Origin: Leptogorgia sarmentosa
Taxonomy: Eukaryota
Length of the DNA: 64,000 nucleotides
Assembly: GCA_964658305.1 (NCBI GenBank)
Contig: OZ210885.1
Span: forward strand, 6,820,001 to 6,884,000
Direction: 5' to 3'
The position numbers and the translations under genes are program-made. Position 1 is the stretch's first letter. Each line of letters begins with the position of its first letter. This document shows positions 49,149 through 61,200 of the stretch, in pieces. Below the pieces are notes generated by a model. The model ran no database searches. It was not told the origin of the DNA and saw only the letters and a list, made by a program, of their open reading frames with translations.

Positions 49149-52100
49149 ATGTTTGCACGTAGAAAAGCTCAAATAGATTGGAAGTCTGTAGATGGGGCGT
49201 CTGTCGTAAACATGTTAAAACGATACACGGCTGGTATTACTATTTTGACACAAAGCCTGAAGTGTGCCTTTCGCCTCTTGCAATCACCGAAACGCAGCGA
49301 AGAAGTGGCAAAGCAGTCCCGGGCTGTTCTACAGATAATAACTTTGCTAGATCGTTTTCAAAATGGCTTCAAAGCAGCTGTGGCGGCGCAAAATCTTCCA
49401 CATAATCGGACGTTTCAGTTAACCGAGCATTAAAGTTCATAAAGTTTTGTTGTGACGAGAATGGCGAGGGCGAAGAAGACGTGCTCAATGCACCTAACCT
49501 CATCGATTACGCCTTGGGGTCTCCACAACTATTAACAAAGTTTGTGGACGCTCTCAAAGAGAAGTGGTGTATTGGAGAATCAGGACAAATTGGGTATGTC
49601 GCAAGTATTTCTGATTTACTAGATTTTCGCAAATTCAATCGTCCCCCTGCAACAGTGCTTCAAAACTTCGCAGTTGCCGAAGTGTATGTAAAGAGAGCAC
49701 GAAAGTATTTAGCCAAAGACATGAGATCAAAGTGAACAACCGAACTGGGTATAGAAACCCTTGAATCCCGTAGAAGTTGGGCAACTCTTTCCGAAGTACA
49801 ATCCGTCATTCCATTTTCATGAGGACCGTTACAATCTGTTGGCAATACCAACTTTTGTTATGTCCTAATGTTTGCCCCACGGCATCCATTGTTTTACTCC
49901 AATAGGTTTGAGGTGCAGCCTCTTCTTCTTCGGACGTGGATATGTGTTGGCGCTTCTGGCCGGAGGTGGATGGATTTGCAGTGGATTGGACTGCACTATG
50001 TTGTCTCGTCTGCTCGCTGTTACACGTATTCCAGTGTTCTTCGTTGGTTTCAGCGGAATTGGCGGACGCTGCTTGCATTTGGGACGACTGTGATGATTCC
50101 CCATGGACAGCAATATTTGGAGGAATGTTGACTTCGGACTGAGTGGACTCCGTGGAATCGTCATTGAATGGGGTTTGTGTTCCATCACCACGTCTCTTTC
50201 GTCCCAATTTGCGCGCTCTCACCTCTGCTGCGAAGCTGGCGTGGATTGCTGGTGGCGGCTCATCTTCACTTTCGCCTTACTCGACACGTAGATCGGCGTG
50301 AGATACACCTCGTACTTTGGCATGGTCAAACAACGCTTCACCCTTGTTGGCGTTTATCGTAAACATGGGCGTGTCCCTCTGTTCTTGGTACCAAAGATTT
50401 TCTTTGGGGACGAGATGGATATTTGCATTGATCTCATCAGCAATCCACGCGACACAATCCATGGTGTGATCATAGAGCCATTTGTCGATTCCGGTTCATG
50501 TGTGTGGAAGGTATGTTGTGGTGAAAATCGAAATTCTTTGCCTCACATTCTCGTCATCTTTGGCAAAGTCTGGGATGTGATTGGTGGTGACGCAGTATGG
50601 ACTATTGCTCATGACAGTCCGTGAAAGGTCGTGCTTGACCGCGCTGACCATCCAACCTCCCTGCAGGATGCATTTGGCAAGGTCCGAGTCCATTCTTGTC
50701 GCCGACCGTTCGTCCACGATGACCAGTTGGGTTTGGTTGTTGATCATTGCTGCAGAAAACTGTCGCTCCTTGGTAATGGAGGCGATGGCATTTTGATGAC
50801 AATTACGTCTTTCCCGAGTCTTTGGGGCCTGCAACAACATTGCAACAGACATTGATAAAACTTGTTGAGGAATTCCACTCGTACGGCTTCGTCTTCGAAC
50901 GAATTGAAGATTCCTTCCCAGAAATACTCTGGCTGTGGAGGAGTGGTGTGGTCGTAGGGGACGAAGCTTCTTGGGGAGACTTTGCCAAGCATTGAGGTGG
51001 GAATCGGACATGGAATGAACAATCTCGATTTGATGGAGAAACAGTAGCCATTGAGCACTTCAATCAGGTCCAAGTCGAATTCTACTTGTGGAATGATCTG
51101 ACACGCAGGGTGGGAAAGGAACTTGTGGATGGCATTAAAATGCTGTAAAATTTTATCGCGCAACTGCTTGTTGGCCATTAGTCGGTGAAGGTAACTCGTC
51201 ACATCAATCATATGCACAAACATCATGGAAGCTTATTCGGGTTTTGCATACACTGCGGAGTTGTACATACCGTGGTGGAGGAGTGGAGAGTGATTTGCAG
51301 GCATGTGAAAGAGCAGACCATCTGACTGGAGCTTCCTGGCAGCCATGTTTATTTGGGGGCCAAAATCGTGCATATTCACCACAATCAGGCAACATGGAAA
51401 GACGGGAAAACGGAGGCATTGCGATTGGAGTATGTCCTTGCATGTTTGAAAGTGCGAAAACAAACGAAGGATTAGTGGATCAGAAAGTATTTAAGACGGC
51501 AAAAAAGTATGGGTTTGACAGTGTTTAGTTTGACGAATGCAGCATCCAGTTACTGGAAAAGTATATAGCGTATGTAAGGCCCCTTCTTACAGCCACTTGC
51601 GACTATGTGTTGGTGAATCGTAACGGTAAACAGTTCCAAAAACTTTCAAATCTTTTGAGTGTATTGGTGTTTGAAGCAATAGGAAAATACATTCATCCAA
51701 CTAGGTACAGACAGATTATCGAAACAGAAAGTGCGCACGTTCTCCTGCCAAACGAACAGCAGTGGATATCTGAAGACCAAAAGCATAGCTCTAATGTTGC
51801 CCGTGTACATTATCAGAAGAAAAGATCCCGTGAAGTGGCCATGAGAGGACGTGAGTGCATGAAAAAATTAATTGAGAGAAGTAACAGTTCACAGAGAGAA
51901 GATGAGAATGAACAACAGTCCTTGTCTGCCCCCACACATGTTGGGGAAGACACGCCCATCGTTTCCAGCCAGAAAATAAACCAATGTACTCAAGGCCCTC
52001 GCTTCATATGTGAGGAAGATAATGACATACGCTTGGGCATTGCAAAGTTTGGTTTTTGTTTGACAAGCATATTACGCCATCCAGAATAACTTCCATGCAT

Positions 52101-52153
52101 GTCGTGTGGCAAATACTTTAAGAAAGAGGGCGGAAGCCTTGAACTTACTTTAA
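49149..52153 (+). pseudogene. Second, closely similar copy of the C2H2-YR-Myb gene, split by a helicase fragment
   Basis: 49149-49839 and ~51436-52153 align with 43925-46417; internal deletions and stops. Confidence 0.85.
49843..51432 (-). pseudogene. D5-like SF3 helicase, copy C
   Basis: FDLDLIEVLNG, AGPKDSGK, VIVDE, QGGWMVSAVKH, YCVTTNH, MDCVAWIADE. Confidence 0.82.
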
Positions 52154-52248
52154 TAGTTAAGCGTACACCTTAAATCATTTTTTGTATTCAAAGTGTGGAT
52201 GAAATGAAATAAATTGTGTTAAAATGAATACATGTTTTTTGGCAAAAG

Positions 52249-53103
52249 TTGACATTTAATAATTTTAAATGGACACAGCAAATTAAACATGTTAAATCAA
52301 AAATTGCTAAAAACACTGGAGTCCTTAATAAACTGAGGTACTATGTTGACTTAAGGATGCTTAAGCAACTCTATTACACATTAATATACCCCTATCTTAA
52401 TTACGGATTAATGAGCTGGGGAAATACGTACAGAACTAATTTAAATAAAATTCGATCTGCCCAAAATACATGTGTAAAAAGCATATTTTTCGCCTCAAAA
52501 AGAGAGAATGTGACACCGTATTATAATCTGTTGAAGATTCTTAAATTTGATATTTTTAAATTAAAAATTAGTATATTTATATATAAGATTATACATGATA
52601 AGACTAATATTCCCACTGTATTTTCTCAAACAATCCAACTGGCTTCCACATGTCATTCCTATAACACTAGATTTGCAGCTAAACAAAACTTTGGTAGACC
52701 AAAAGTCCGAACAAATTATGGTGTACATACTTTCAACTTTGTTTCATCTCAGATATGGCAAACTATAGATCTCGAAACTAAATTGTCTAATTCAGTCGCT
52801 ATGTTTCACAAAAAATATACTCAATCTTTACTTCTTTCACAAATTTAGTTACAATAGTAATAAGAATCAAGAAACACTGTATATAAATGTATATTAATAC
52901 GTTTCGCTTTAAATTTTTAAATTGATATTACTGATAGACATGCAGTGATCAACTCGAAAGCTTTTGGCTACTTTGATCACTGCGCACCATAATTTATTTG
53001 TAATTATTGTAACTTAATTTCCCTTTTTTTGTGTAATAATTGTGTATCTGTTGTATTAGAATGTATGTATATATAATTGTGCAAATTTGAATGAAGTCTA
53101 AAG
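52249..53103 (+). mobile_element. 5'-truncated L2/CR1-type LINE (ORF2 C-terminus and 3' UTR)
   Basis: WTQQIKHVKSKIAKNTGVLNKLR...LYYTLIYPYLNYGLMSWG...HSYNTR...RTNYG; its 3' end abuts helicase copy D. Confidence 0.8.
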
Positions 53104-54660
53104 TGACCATCCAGCCACCTTGCAGAACCTTTTTCGCTGGTTCTGCGCTAATTGTGTTAGCTGACCATTCGTCGATGAAGACTAGTTGCGTCTTGTTGGT
53201 TATCATGGCTGCGGAGAATTTGCGTTCGTTGGTTATCGAAGCAATGTATTCTTCCAGGATGATGCGCCGGAAGATACTCCCCCAAGATGTCTTGCCAGAG
53301 TCACGTGGCCCGGTCACAACCAATTTTCTTGTCTTCTGCGGCATGTTGTAAGCCAGCAAACACTGATAGAACTTATTGACGAACTTGACACGAACGTCTT
53401 CTTCGGGGAAGGAGTTGTGGATGCCATCACGAAAGTGGTGAGGTTGAGGGGCCACTGAACATTCGTACGGGACGTAGGCTCTCAGGGATAACTTGCCAAT
53501 CATTGAGTCGTTGATGGGATTGGGGACGAATGTTCTGTCGGAGATGGAGAAGCAGAAGCCGTTGGACACTTCTATGAGATTCACGTCGAAGCTGATTTGT
53601 TCCACAATCTCGCAGGCTGGATGGGAGAGGAATCTTTGGATGCTGCTGAAGTTTTTTGCAAGGCTGTCGTTCAGCGCATCGTTCGCAAGCAGCTTGTTGA
53701 GGTAGCTGGACACATCCATCAACCGTACGTAAGTGATTCTGGCTCCATCGGGCTGCCGTAGATCTTACCTCAGTACAAGGCTTGATTACACAATGCCATA
53801 ACGCGTTCAATTTTGCGTATTGTGGAAATGGTGTCGTCGAATGCTGTATTTGATGGGCCTTTATCACATTCGTCGCGAACTTGAATGTCCAACACTAGCC
53901 CGTCACATTCCAATTTTCTTAAAGCGTCCTTGAATTGTTCCACGTCTCCACAATGGCTCACAACCACGAAACAACAAGGACGCGTGGGAAAGTGGGTTGG
54001 ATGCAATTCCTCGACATCCCCTTCATCTTCGTCCTCGCTTTCACCTGACGAATGTGGCGCATTCTCGAAGCAATACTGGTTGGAGGCGTCCACCATCTGC
54101 TGCATTGAACCATTGTTATGCCGCACTTTCCATGTCGTGATTACCGCGGTTTCTCACACGGATCGGTCGAATTTCCGGCTCCACGTCCTCGTTATGCAAA
54201 GCCGCAAAAAATGTGTCGTCATCACATTTCTTGTTTGGCTGGTACACGATAAAAGAGGAGACACAAGGATAGGTGTTTTCTCCAACATTAGCGTTGCTCT
54301 GTTGAGCTTTCGTGGTGTTCGGATTGGAACGGACGCTCGAAATGCAGGGGAAGTAAAAGATCACACCTTCGATTGAAGTGATGGCATCGTTGAGTAGGAG
54401 CCTCTTAGAGGCGACCTGTAGCTTGGCCAGCTCTATATCTTCAGGGTTTACTCATCAAATAGCGCGACACGCGACTGCTCGCTGCTTGGGTCTAATCTAA
54501 TGCACGTAAAATAGGGAAGTTTATTTGAAGCTACAGTACGTGCATTCATTTGCAGGAAAACAAGGGAATACTTGCATGTAATTACCAAGCTCAAAATGTT
54601 GGCTCGAAGCGAGTTTTGTACGCGCTTGGAGTCTAACTCCTTTCGTGGTTTTGGTGGAGG
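53104..54660 (-). pseudogene. D5-like SF3 helicase, copy D (3'-truncated by the LINE; probable first exon 54586-~54660)
   Basis: FDVNLIEVSNGFCFS, TGPRDSGKT, VFIDEW, LQGGWMVT; N-terminal region homologous to copy B. Confidence 0.85.
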
Positions 54661-54669
54661 CGTTTCTCC

Positions 54670-54770
54670 TCACTTTTCTTCACTTTCCTTTTCTTCCTTT
54701 ACTTTACTTTCCTTTCCTTTTCTTCCCTTTTCTTTCCTTTCCTTTCCTTTCCTTTACTTTTCTTGACTTG
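54670..54770. repeat. Pyrimidine-rich (CTTTC/CTTTT)n microsatellite
   Basis: Directly visible. Confidence 0.85.
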
Positions 54771-54859
54771 ACTTTAATAATAACTTTTTATAACGGTTTA
54801 TAACCACCCCAAAAAACAACCAAACACCCCTTCAAACTACCAACAAAATTTACTAGCGC

Positions 54860-56628
54860 TCCAACATCAGATAACAGTAACCTACATGAATACATATCCA
54901 ATGTTTATCATGACATCAAGACTTCACATAATATACAGCGTAAATCCCAACCACCAAACCTATCGAAACAGGAACTAGACTCCATGTACAAACTTAGGAA
55001 AGATAATGACTTGGTAGTCAAACCAGCAGATAAATGAGGGGCCATTGTAATCTGGCCAAAAGAATCTTATCTGGCTGAGGCATACAGACAATTAAACAAC
55101 TCAAATCATTGTCATAAAATTCCACATGACCCAACCCTTGAAATACTAGCAGAAACAAAAAAACTTGCCAACAAGTTACACAAATCTAACATTATAGACA
55201 ACACAACACACAAATTTCTCACAACAGACTCAGTTGCATGAACACCACACCTATACCTCTTACCAAAAATCCACAAACCAGACATTCCAGGACGATCCTC
55301 AAAAACATTCCATCATATGTACAAGACACAACAGACTTTCTCCGCAGAATCTTCACTCTAAACCAAAATCTACCAAAAGACATCATACTTATCACAATTG
55401 ATGTTAGAAGCCTATACACCAACATACCTAATGATGAGGGCATTCAGGCCTGCATAGATATGTTGGAAGAACATCACATGATAACTCCAGAATTAAAACA
55501 ATCCGTGAAGTAGATCTTATCAACTGTACTAAACAAAAACACCTTTACATTCTATAATGAGCACTTTTTACAAATTCACGCAAGACCGTCGGAAGCGGGG
55601 GGGCTGGGGGGCTTAAGCCCCCCAATAATTTTTACATGTACAAAAAAAACCCAAAACAAAACACTCAGACTAGAAAAAATGCGAACCTGATCTTCAGAAT
55701 TCTAGAAAATGTACTTCTCAAAACGCTGGAAATCGGGGGTTCTTGATTTCAAAATGTTCTACGGGGGGCATACCCCCAAGCAGCGCGAACGTCTTTGGCA
55801 TTCGCCTAGTGCTCAGGCTTTTGGCGAGCCCCCCCCCAATGTATATTTGCTTCCGACAACCTTGTTCACGGCACTGCCATGGGATCTCCCATGGCACCCA
55901 CATATGCTGATATATTCATGGCTGTACTAGAAAGGGAGTTACTTAAAACGGCACCTAATAATCTGATACCAATTGAGTGGATAAGATTTATAGATGACGT
56001 ATTTGCAATTTGGACACATGGCACTGAAAAACTCTAACTATTCCTAACATACATCAACCAATTCCACCCGACCATTAAATTTGACTACACATACTCACAT
56101 AAATCAGTTAACTTCCTGGACACAACCATTTACATCAACCCCAGTAACAAACTTGTATCAGACCTTTACATTAAACCCACTGACAGAACACTCCTACTAC
56201 ACCACAACTCCTTCCATCCCCAATCGTGTAAGAACGCAATAATATACAGCCAAGCACTAAGATACAGACGTATTATAACGGACGATGACAAACTACACAA
56301 TAGACTTAACCATCTCCTTGTCGCACTCGTACATAGAGGATATACACATAATAATATCATAACTCAATTTAACAAAGCACTAACATACAAAACACAAAGG
56401 GAACTGCTCAACAACACCAAGTCCTCCAAGACTAACAACAGCCCCATTTTTGATATACAATATAATAACAACATGAAACACATAGCACACATACTTCGCA
56501 AACACTGGAGTGTCATTGAGAATGATCCTACATTACGAGTTCTATGGCCTGAACCTCCTATTGTAGCGTATCGTAAAAATAAAAACCTCAGAGACACACT
56601 AGTTACTGCAAAACTCAACATAACTTGA
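54860..56628 (+). mobile_element. Decayed Penelope-like RT (second family); no GIY-YIG domain visible
   Basis: KPADK*GAIV, TIDVRSLYTNIP, QIHGTAMGSPMAPTYADIFM, RFIDDVFAIW, VNFLDT, LYIKPTD...SFHP; many stops. Confidence 0.85.
55581..55864. mobile_element. 284-bp hAT-like MITE inserted in the Penelope RT
   Basis: TIRs CAAGACCGTCGGAAGC/GCTTCCGACAACCTTG; TSD TTCACG; removing the element restores QIHGTAMG. Confidence 0.85.
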
Positions 56629-57904
56629 CAACTTTGTGACACCATCAATCATGGGTGGCAAACCACTCGGACACCACCAACCCACCACCTCAACTGGCAA
56701 CACCTAATTAAACCACTGCCACCAAACTCCCACTGAATCCACCATCTGGAAACCCATTTCAACACCAACCCACAATCCATACATCCCCTCCAAGACCCAC
56801 TCACCACCCTGACACCACCTAGACCACCCAACCCATCCCACCTTCCCTCCTAAATAAAACCAATATGGAAGGCAGAAGACACTGGCATGTTAGAGGTACC
56901 ACACAATAGAGTCTCCACACACTGGCAACCTGAAAATCAAGATTCCAACCCAATTTGAAACACCTCACATGAACAATGCACAACTGAAGGACAATATGAA
57001 GAAACTAAATACAGGGAATGTTGAAACACCGCCATACATACACTAATATAAGCAATCATTGTATAGTCAGATATGCCATTGTAGTTTAGGATTTCACGGT
57101 ATACTGAAGCCATAGAAATAGATCTCGTCTACTCACATAGACCTTGCACCATGTCATGTCTTTCTATGTACATTCTACTAAATACTACATGGTCATGCCC
57201 ACACAGGGAGGGGCGATAGCCTAACTAAACCATACAGAAAAATTGCAACAACTAGGATAAATGAAAACAACTGTTATTTTTCTGATCAGCACACCTTTAA
57301 CAAAAGTGAAAGATTTTGTTGATATTTCTGAATCTTTATTTTCCAGTAATTGTTGAATTTCAACTTCACCAAGTTTGACAAACCTTTCAATGGAAAAAGC
57401 CTCTTGAATTTAAAAACAACAAAACCTTAATCATTTCGCAGCTATTGTCATGTCAATTACGTCAGCGAGTCAATACGGCTCTCGTCGTCAAAGAAAAATG
57501 TCGCAAATACGTCCAACTGTGTGATAGTCTAGATAATGTTTTCAAAGTCATAGGAACAAGTACAAGAACAAGGACAGAAGAGATCAAATCATCTGAACTA
57601 AAAACGATCTGGACACTGAATTTGGCAATTGGACATTCGGAAACTGAATTTGCGGGAAAGAAACTTGCACTCTGATGTGAAAAATTAAACATTACTTTTT
57701 AATTTCTAATTTGGTTTTCCGAACAAACTTCCAAGCTGCCTTTCATTGTGCGAAAGCTAGTTCGATGCTAAATTGCAAGCAAAATACCTCGGCAATCCAT
57801 CCGCTACGCAATTATGCTTGGCAAATGACAACGTAGCTAAGTATAAATAAAAAATTCGGGGTCATTCGGAAGCAACTACACTAAAAAATGGTAGTGATGT
57901 TTCA

Positions 57905-58280
57905 CATAGGCGTACGGGCACATTTTTTTGGGTGGGGCTGGGCTGAATTTGCCCAAATTACATGACGTCATAGATTTCATGATGTCATCATAATATTATA
58001 TAATCTGAGAATACTATAAATGAAAAGCTTTCCTTTGAAGATATAAAATGAAATATGTCGTCCCTAGCCATTTCAATTATAAGCTGAATATATTCATTAC
58101 GATTTACAGAGAAAGAGAAAGTTACTAGCGTAACAACATTTTATCTAATCACCAGACCGTCGCTGAACTGAATGAATTCTCAAAAAATTCGAGGGGGCTG
58201 CAGCCCCCCCAGCCCCACCCCCTCGTACGCCTATGACATAGGCGTACGGGCACATTTTTTTGGGTGTGGCTGGGCTGAAT
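57905..58280. mobile_element. hAT-like MITE (57905-58235) immediately followed by a second copy of its left end
   Basis: TIRs CATAGGCGTACG/CGTACGCCTATG; the left ~45 bp are repeated from 58237. Confidence 0.75.
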
Positions 58281-61200
58281 GTCGCTCAACTTTGGGAGAA
58301 GACCACGCGTAATCGTTTCGCCATATTCTTGAATTAAGAAGCTCTTCTGGCCTTTAGTCAATTCCTTTTCCTAAATGAAAAAAGAATTATGAACAACGAT
58401 ATCTTTCGTAGGAGAAACCAATTCCTGAAAACGTATTTATATCAGGTAGTTACCTCCTCCTCGTCGGATTCTTCTTCCTGTTCCTCGCGATGTCGTGGCG
58501 TTTCCGTCATGGGACCGGCTAAATAAAAAAAGAATCATGAACAACGATATCTTTCGTAGGAGAAAACAATTCCTGAAAACGTATTTATATATATGGTAGT
58601 TACCTTTCTTTTTCGTGGCGGTTCCTCCCTGGCGGACGCTTCTCCGGTGGAAAGCTCTTGCTCTTGCTGTTGCTGGTCAGGTAAAAAAATGCCCCATCCT
58701 CCTTTGTTTCGATATGAGTGATTTTCGGAGGCCAGCTCCGTGGACGTCCACGCCCATCCTCTTCCCCATCACTTTCATTCGCTGAGACACTCTTGACTCA
58801 GTGAGACGCTGTCCCGACGCGTTGACAAAGAATACCGGTTCGGGCGGTATACCCGGCTTACCCTCCGTCAGCGATTCACTGTTAGCATATTGAGGCCTCA
58901 ATTCATTGAGGTATTTTTGGCCCATTTTTTTTAGTTCCTCGTCCCAGAACAGCTTGGCTGGGCCAACCGAGGATCCGATCTTATGCTGGGTCGTTTGCGT
59001 CACGTACAAGTCTCGAGTTTGTTTGCCTGCCTTGAACTCAGCCACCGTGAGATTTGCGAGTGCCCCAGCTCGCTGACCGCTTGCGACGAGGAGCCGTAGC
59101 ATCAAATAATCCCTCATCTGTGCGAAATCCGATAAGGAAGTGGGCTCGTCTTCGTCTTCGTCAATCTCGGAGAAACGTTGGCGAATGGACTGGCTCATTG
59201 GACTCGACAACATTCGGGCGAAGTCTTCAGGACCAAGAAGACGATCTTGGTCCCTTTTTCTGACCTCCGCCCGACGGCGAGTCAGTGCTGGTGTTAATGA
59301 CCCAGTCCAATGTACAATCCGTCTGACGGCGGCTTGTATCAGCTCCATTTGACGGCTTGTGACGGTGCTATCGATCCGTTTAATTCCCTCCTCCCTGCTC
59401 AACAGGAAGTTGAGAAAGAGTTTAAACGAGACTACATACGTCTTGAGGGTCTGCGCCTTTCTTGGTTTCTCTAGCAAATCGTTTCCCCGGAATAAATTGT
59501 TACGGATGGTATCGAGGGATGCGTCGGCCCAGACCAGCTTTACATCCCTCCCTTCCGAGTCCACTTCGTAAAGAAGGCGACAGACCCTCCTCATATGTTC
59601 CTTGGCATCGGATTTTTTTCGATTCTTGCCCTCGAACGAGACCAAATGGCCCAGGAACATTTGCAATATCGGGTGTTTTGAGATGTCGGTGAGTACCTGG
59701 GGCAGAGGGTCTTGTTTGGGGGCCCTTGGAGGTCGATTCATCTCGTACAGTTCTTCCTCCAGACTGCCTTCACCCGGTGGTGGTGGTGGTGGTGGTGGGG
59801 ATGGTGAACGGTCCCTTAAGGTGGAGGAAGAGGCCGGCGGTCTTCTTTCCGCATCCATCCTCTCGCGACGAGCACGCCTCCTCTCCTGGTTCGCGTTTTC
59901 AGTGTATCTACGAGAAAAGATCATATATGCTCAGTTGATTGCTTTACGATTACTATTTATATTATATTTTATATATAGGTGTATGTATGTAATATTATAC
60001 ACATACTAACCGCTTGAAATCCGCATCATCGGCTTTCATCCCATGGACCCTTTTGAGGTGGTTGTCCAACCTCAACTGCCATTCCTGGCAGTCTACGATT
60101 GGGCATTGCACCTTCATCTGATCTCCGGATCCAGGCTTGGAGCTCAGGCTGAGCGCCTCTTGCCTCGACTTTCCGTGGATTGTACGGAGATGCTTGGGCA
60201 TATTCTTAACTTTGGCATCGCACAAGCTGCATGCACACCTCTTCCTTTCGTACTAAAAGAAAATAAACTCCTTTTAATATATAACACGGAAACTATATTT
60301 ATATACGAATATATACGGAAACTAAATATATTCTATATATATTATATACGAACCTTCCCCTCTTCTTCGGCTTCGGGAGAAGTTTCTTGCCGCTGTGATG
60401 GTATATAGTCAGGTCTCTTATGTCAAAATATAGGTCGGATCGTTACATAAATGACAAAAGCGCCAAATTTGGCAGAGACGTTCTTTAGGACTTCCTGTTT
60501 CATATTAGTGGGGGAGCCCAACAAAATCGTCAATATATAAAGATTAAGGGGGCTTTTAAAAATTATTTTAATTACAAATTGGGCTACCTGTGGTTGTTTG
60601 CAGTTTTCTAGTAAAACCGCTGTAGTGACATTTATAGACTGAAACTATTAATTCTTCTCACTCACTTCTCACTCCTTTCTTCACATATTTTGTCATAAGC
60701 CATTATTTATATCTTGCATAAAGCATATAAATATATACTAGTTACCAGACCCTTCTCGGTATAGTTGATTCATATTACACGATCCCTGTGTTTTGAACCA
60801 AAATTACTGCTGTTTCATTCATGATAAGTCCATATTAATTCATAAATGTACTTTCTAGTAACGTTATACAACCCCAGAAACGTCAATAGATAGCTATATG
60901 GCAACATAACGCCAACAATGCGGATTATTTAAACAATTATAATTTAATCTTGATTAAGTTAGGATAGGATAAGGGTTAGGATAAGCATTGGCATCTGCAA
61001 AGAGGAGTACATTCCAAGGACGCCTTGGCACACTTGCATCTTGTACACACGCCTTTACAGGAACACTTTATCAGCTCACTACAAGCCCTGGATACTTCAG
61101 GTATGGTTATCCATTTGGGAGACCATTTGCCGTCAACTTTAAACCATGAGAACTGCCCCGGTGACGGCACATGTGGCTGTGGCTGATCGCTTACTGCCCA

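Noticed and set aside
43925..53103. DIRS/Ngaro retrotransposon (YR plus RT)
   Set aside because: The RT-like pieces are 5'-truncated LINE insertions. One has a TSD and an empty site in the second YR copy. No gag, RNase H or split repeats were seen.
42030..54660. Endogenous parvovirus, CRESS virus or polyomavirus
   Set aside because: An SF3 helicase is present, but I found no HUH endonuclease motifs, J-domain or capsid ORF; a D5_N-like motif and a YR are present instead.
56980..57170. Hammerhead ribozyme downstream of the second Penelope-like RT
   Set aside because: CTGAAG...GAAA words occur, but I could not build the CUGANGA core with stems.
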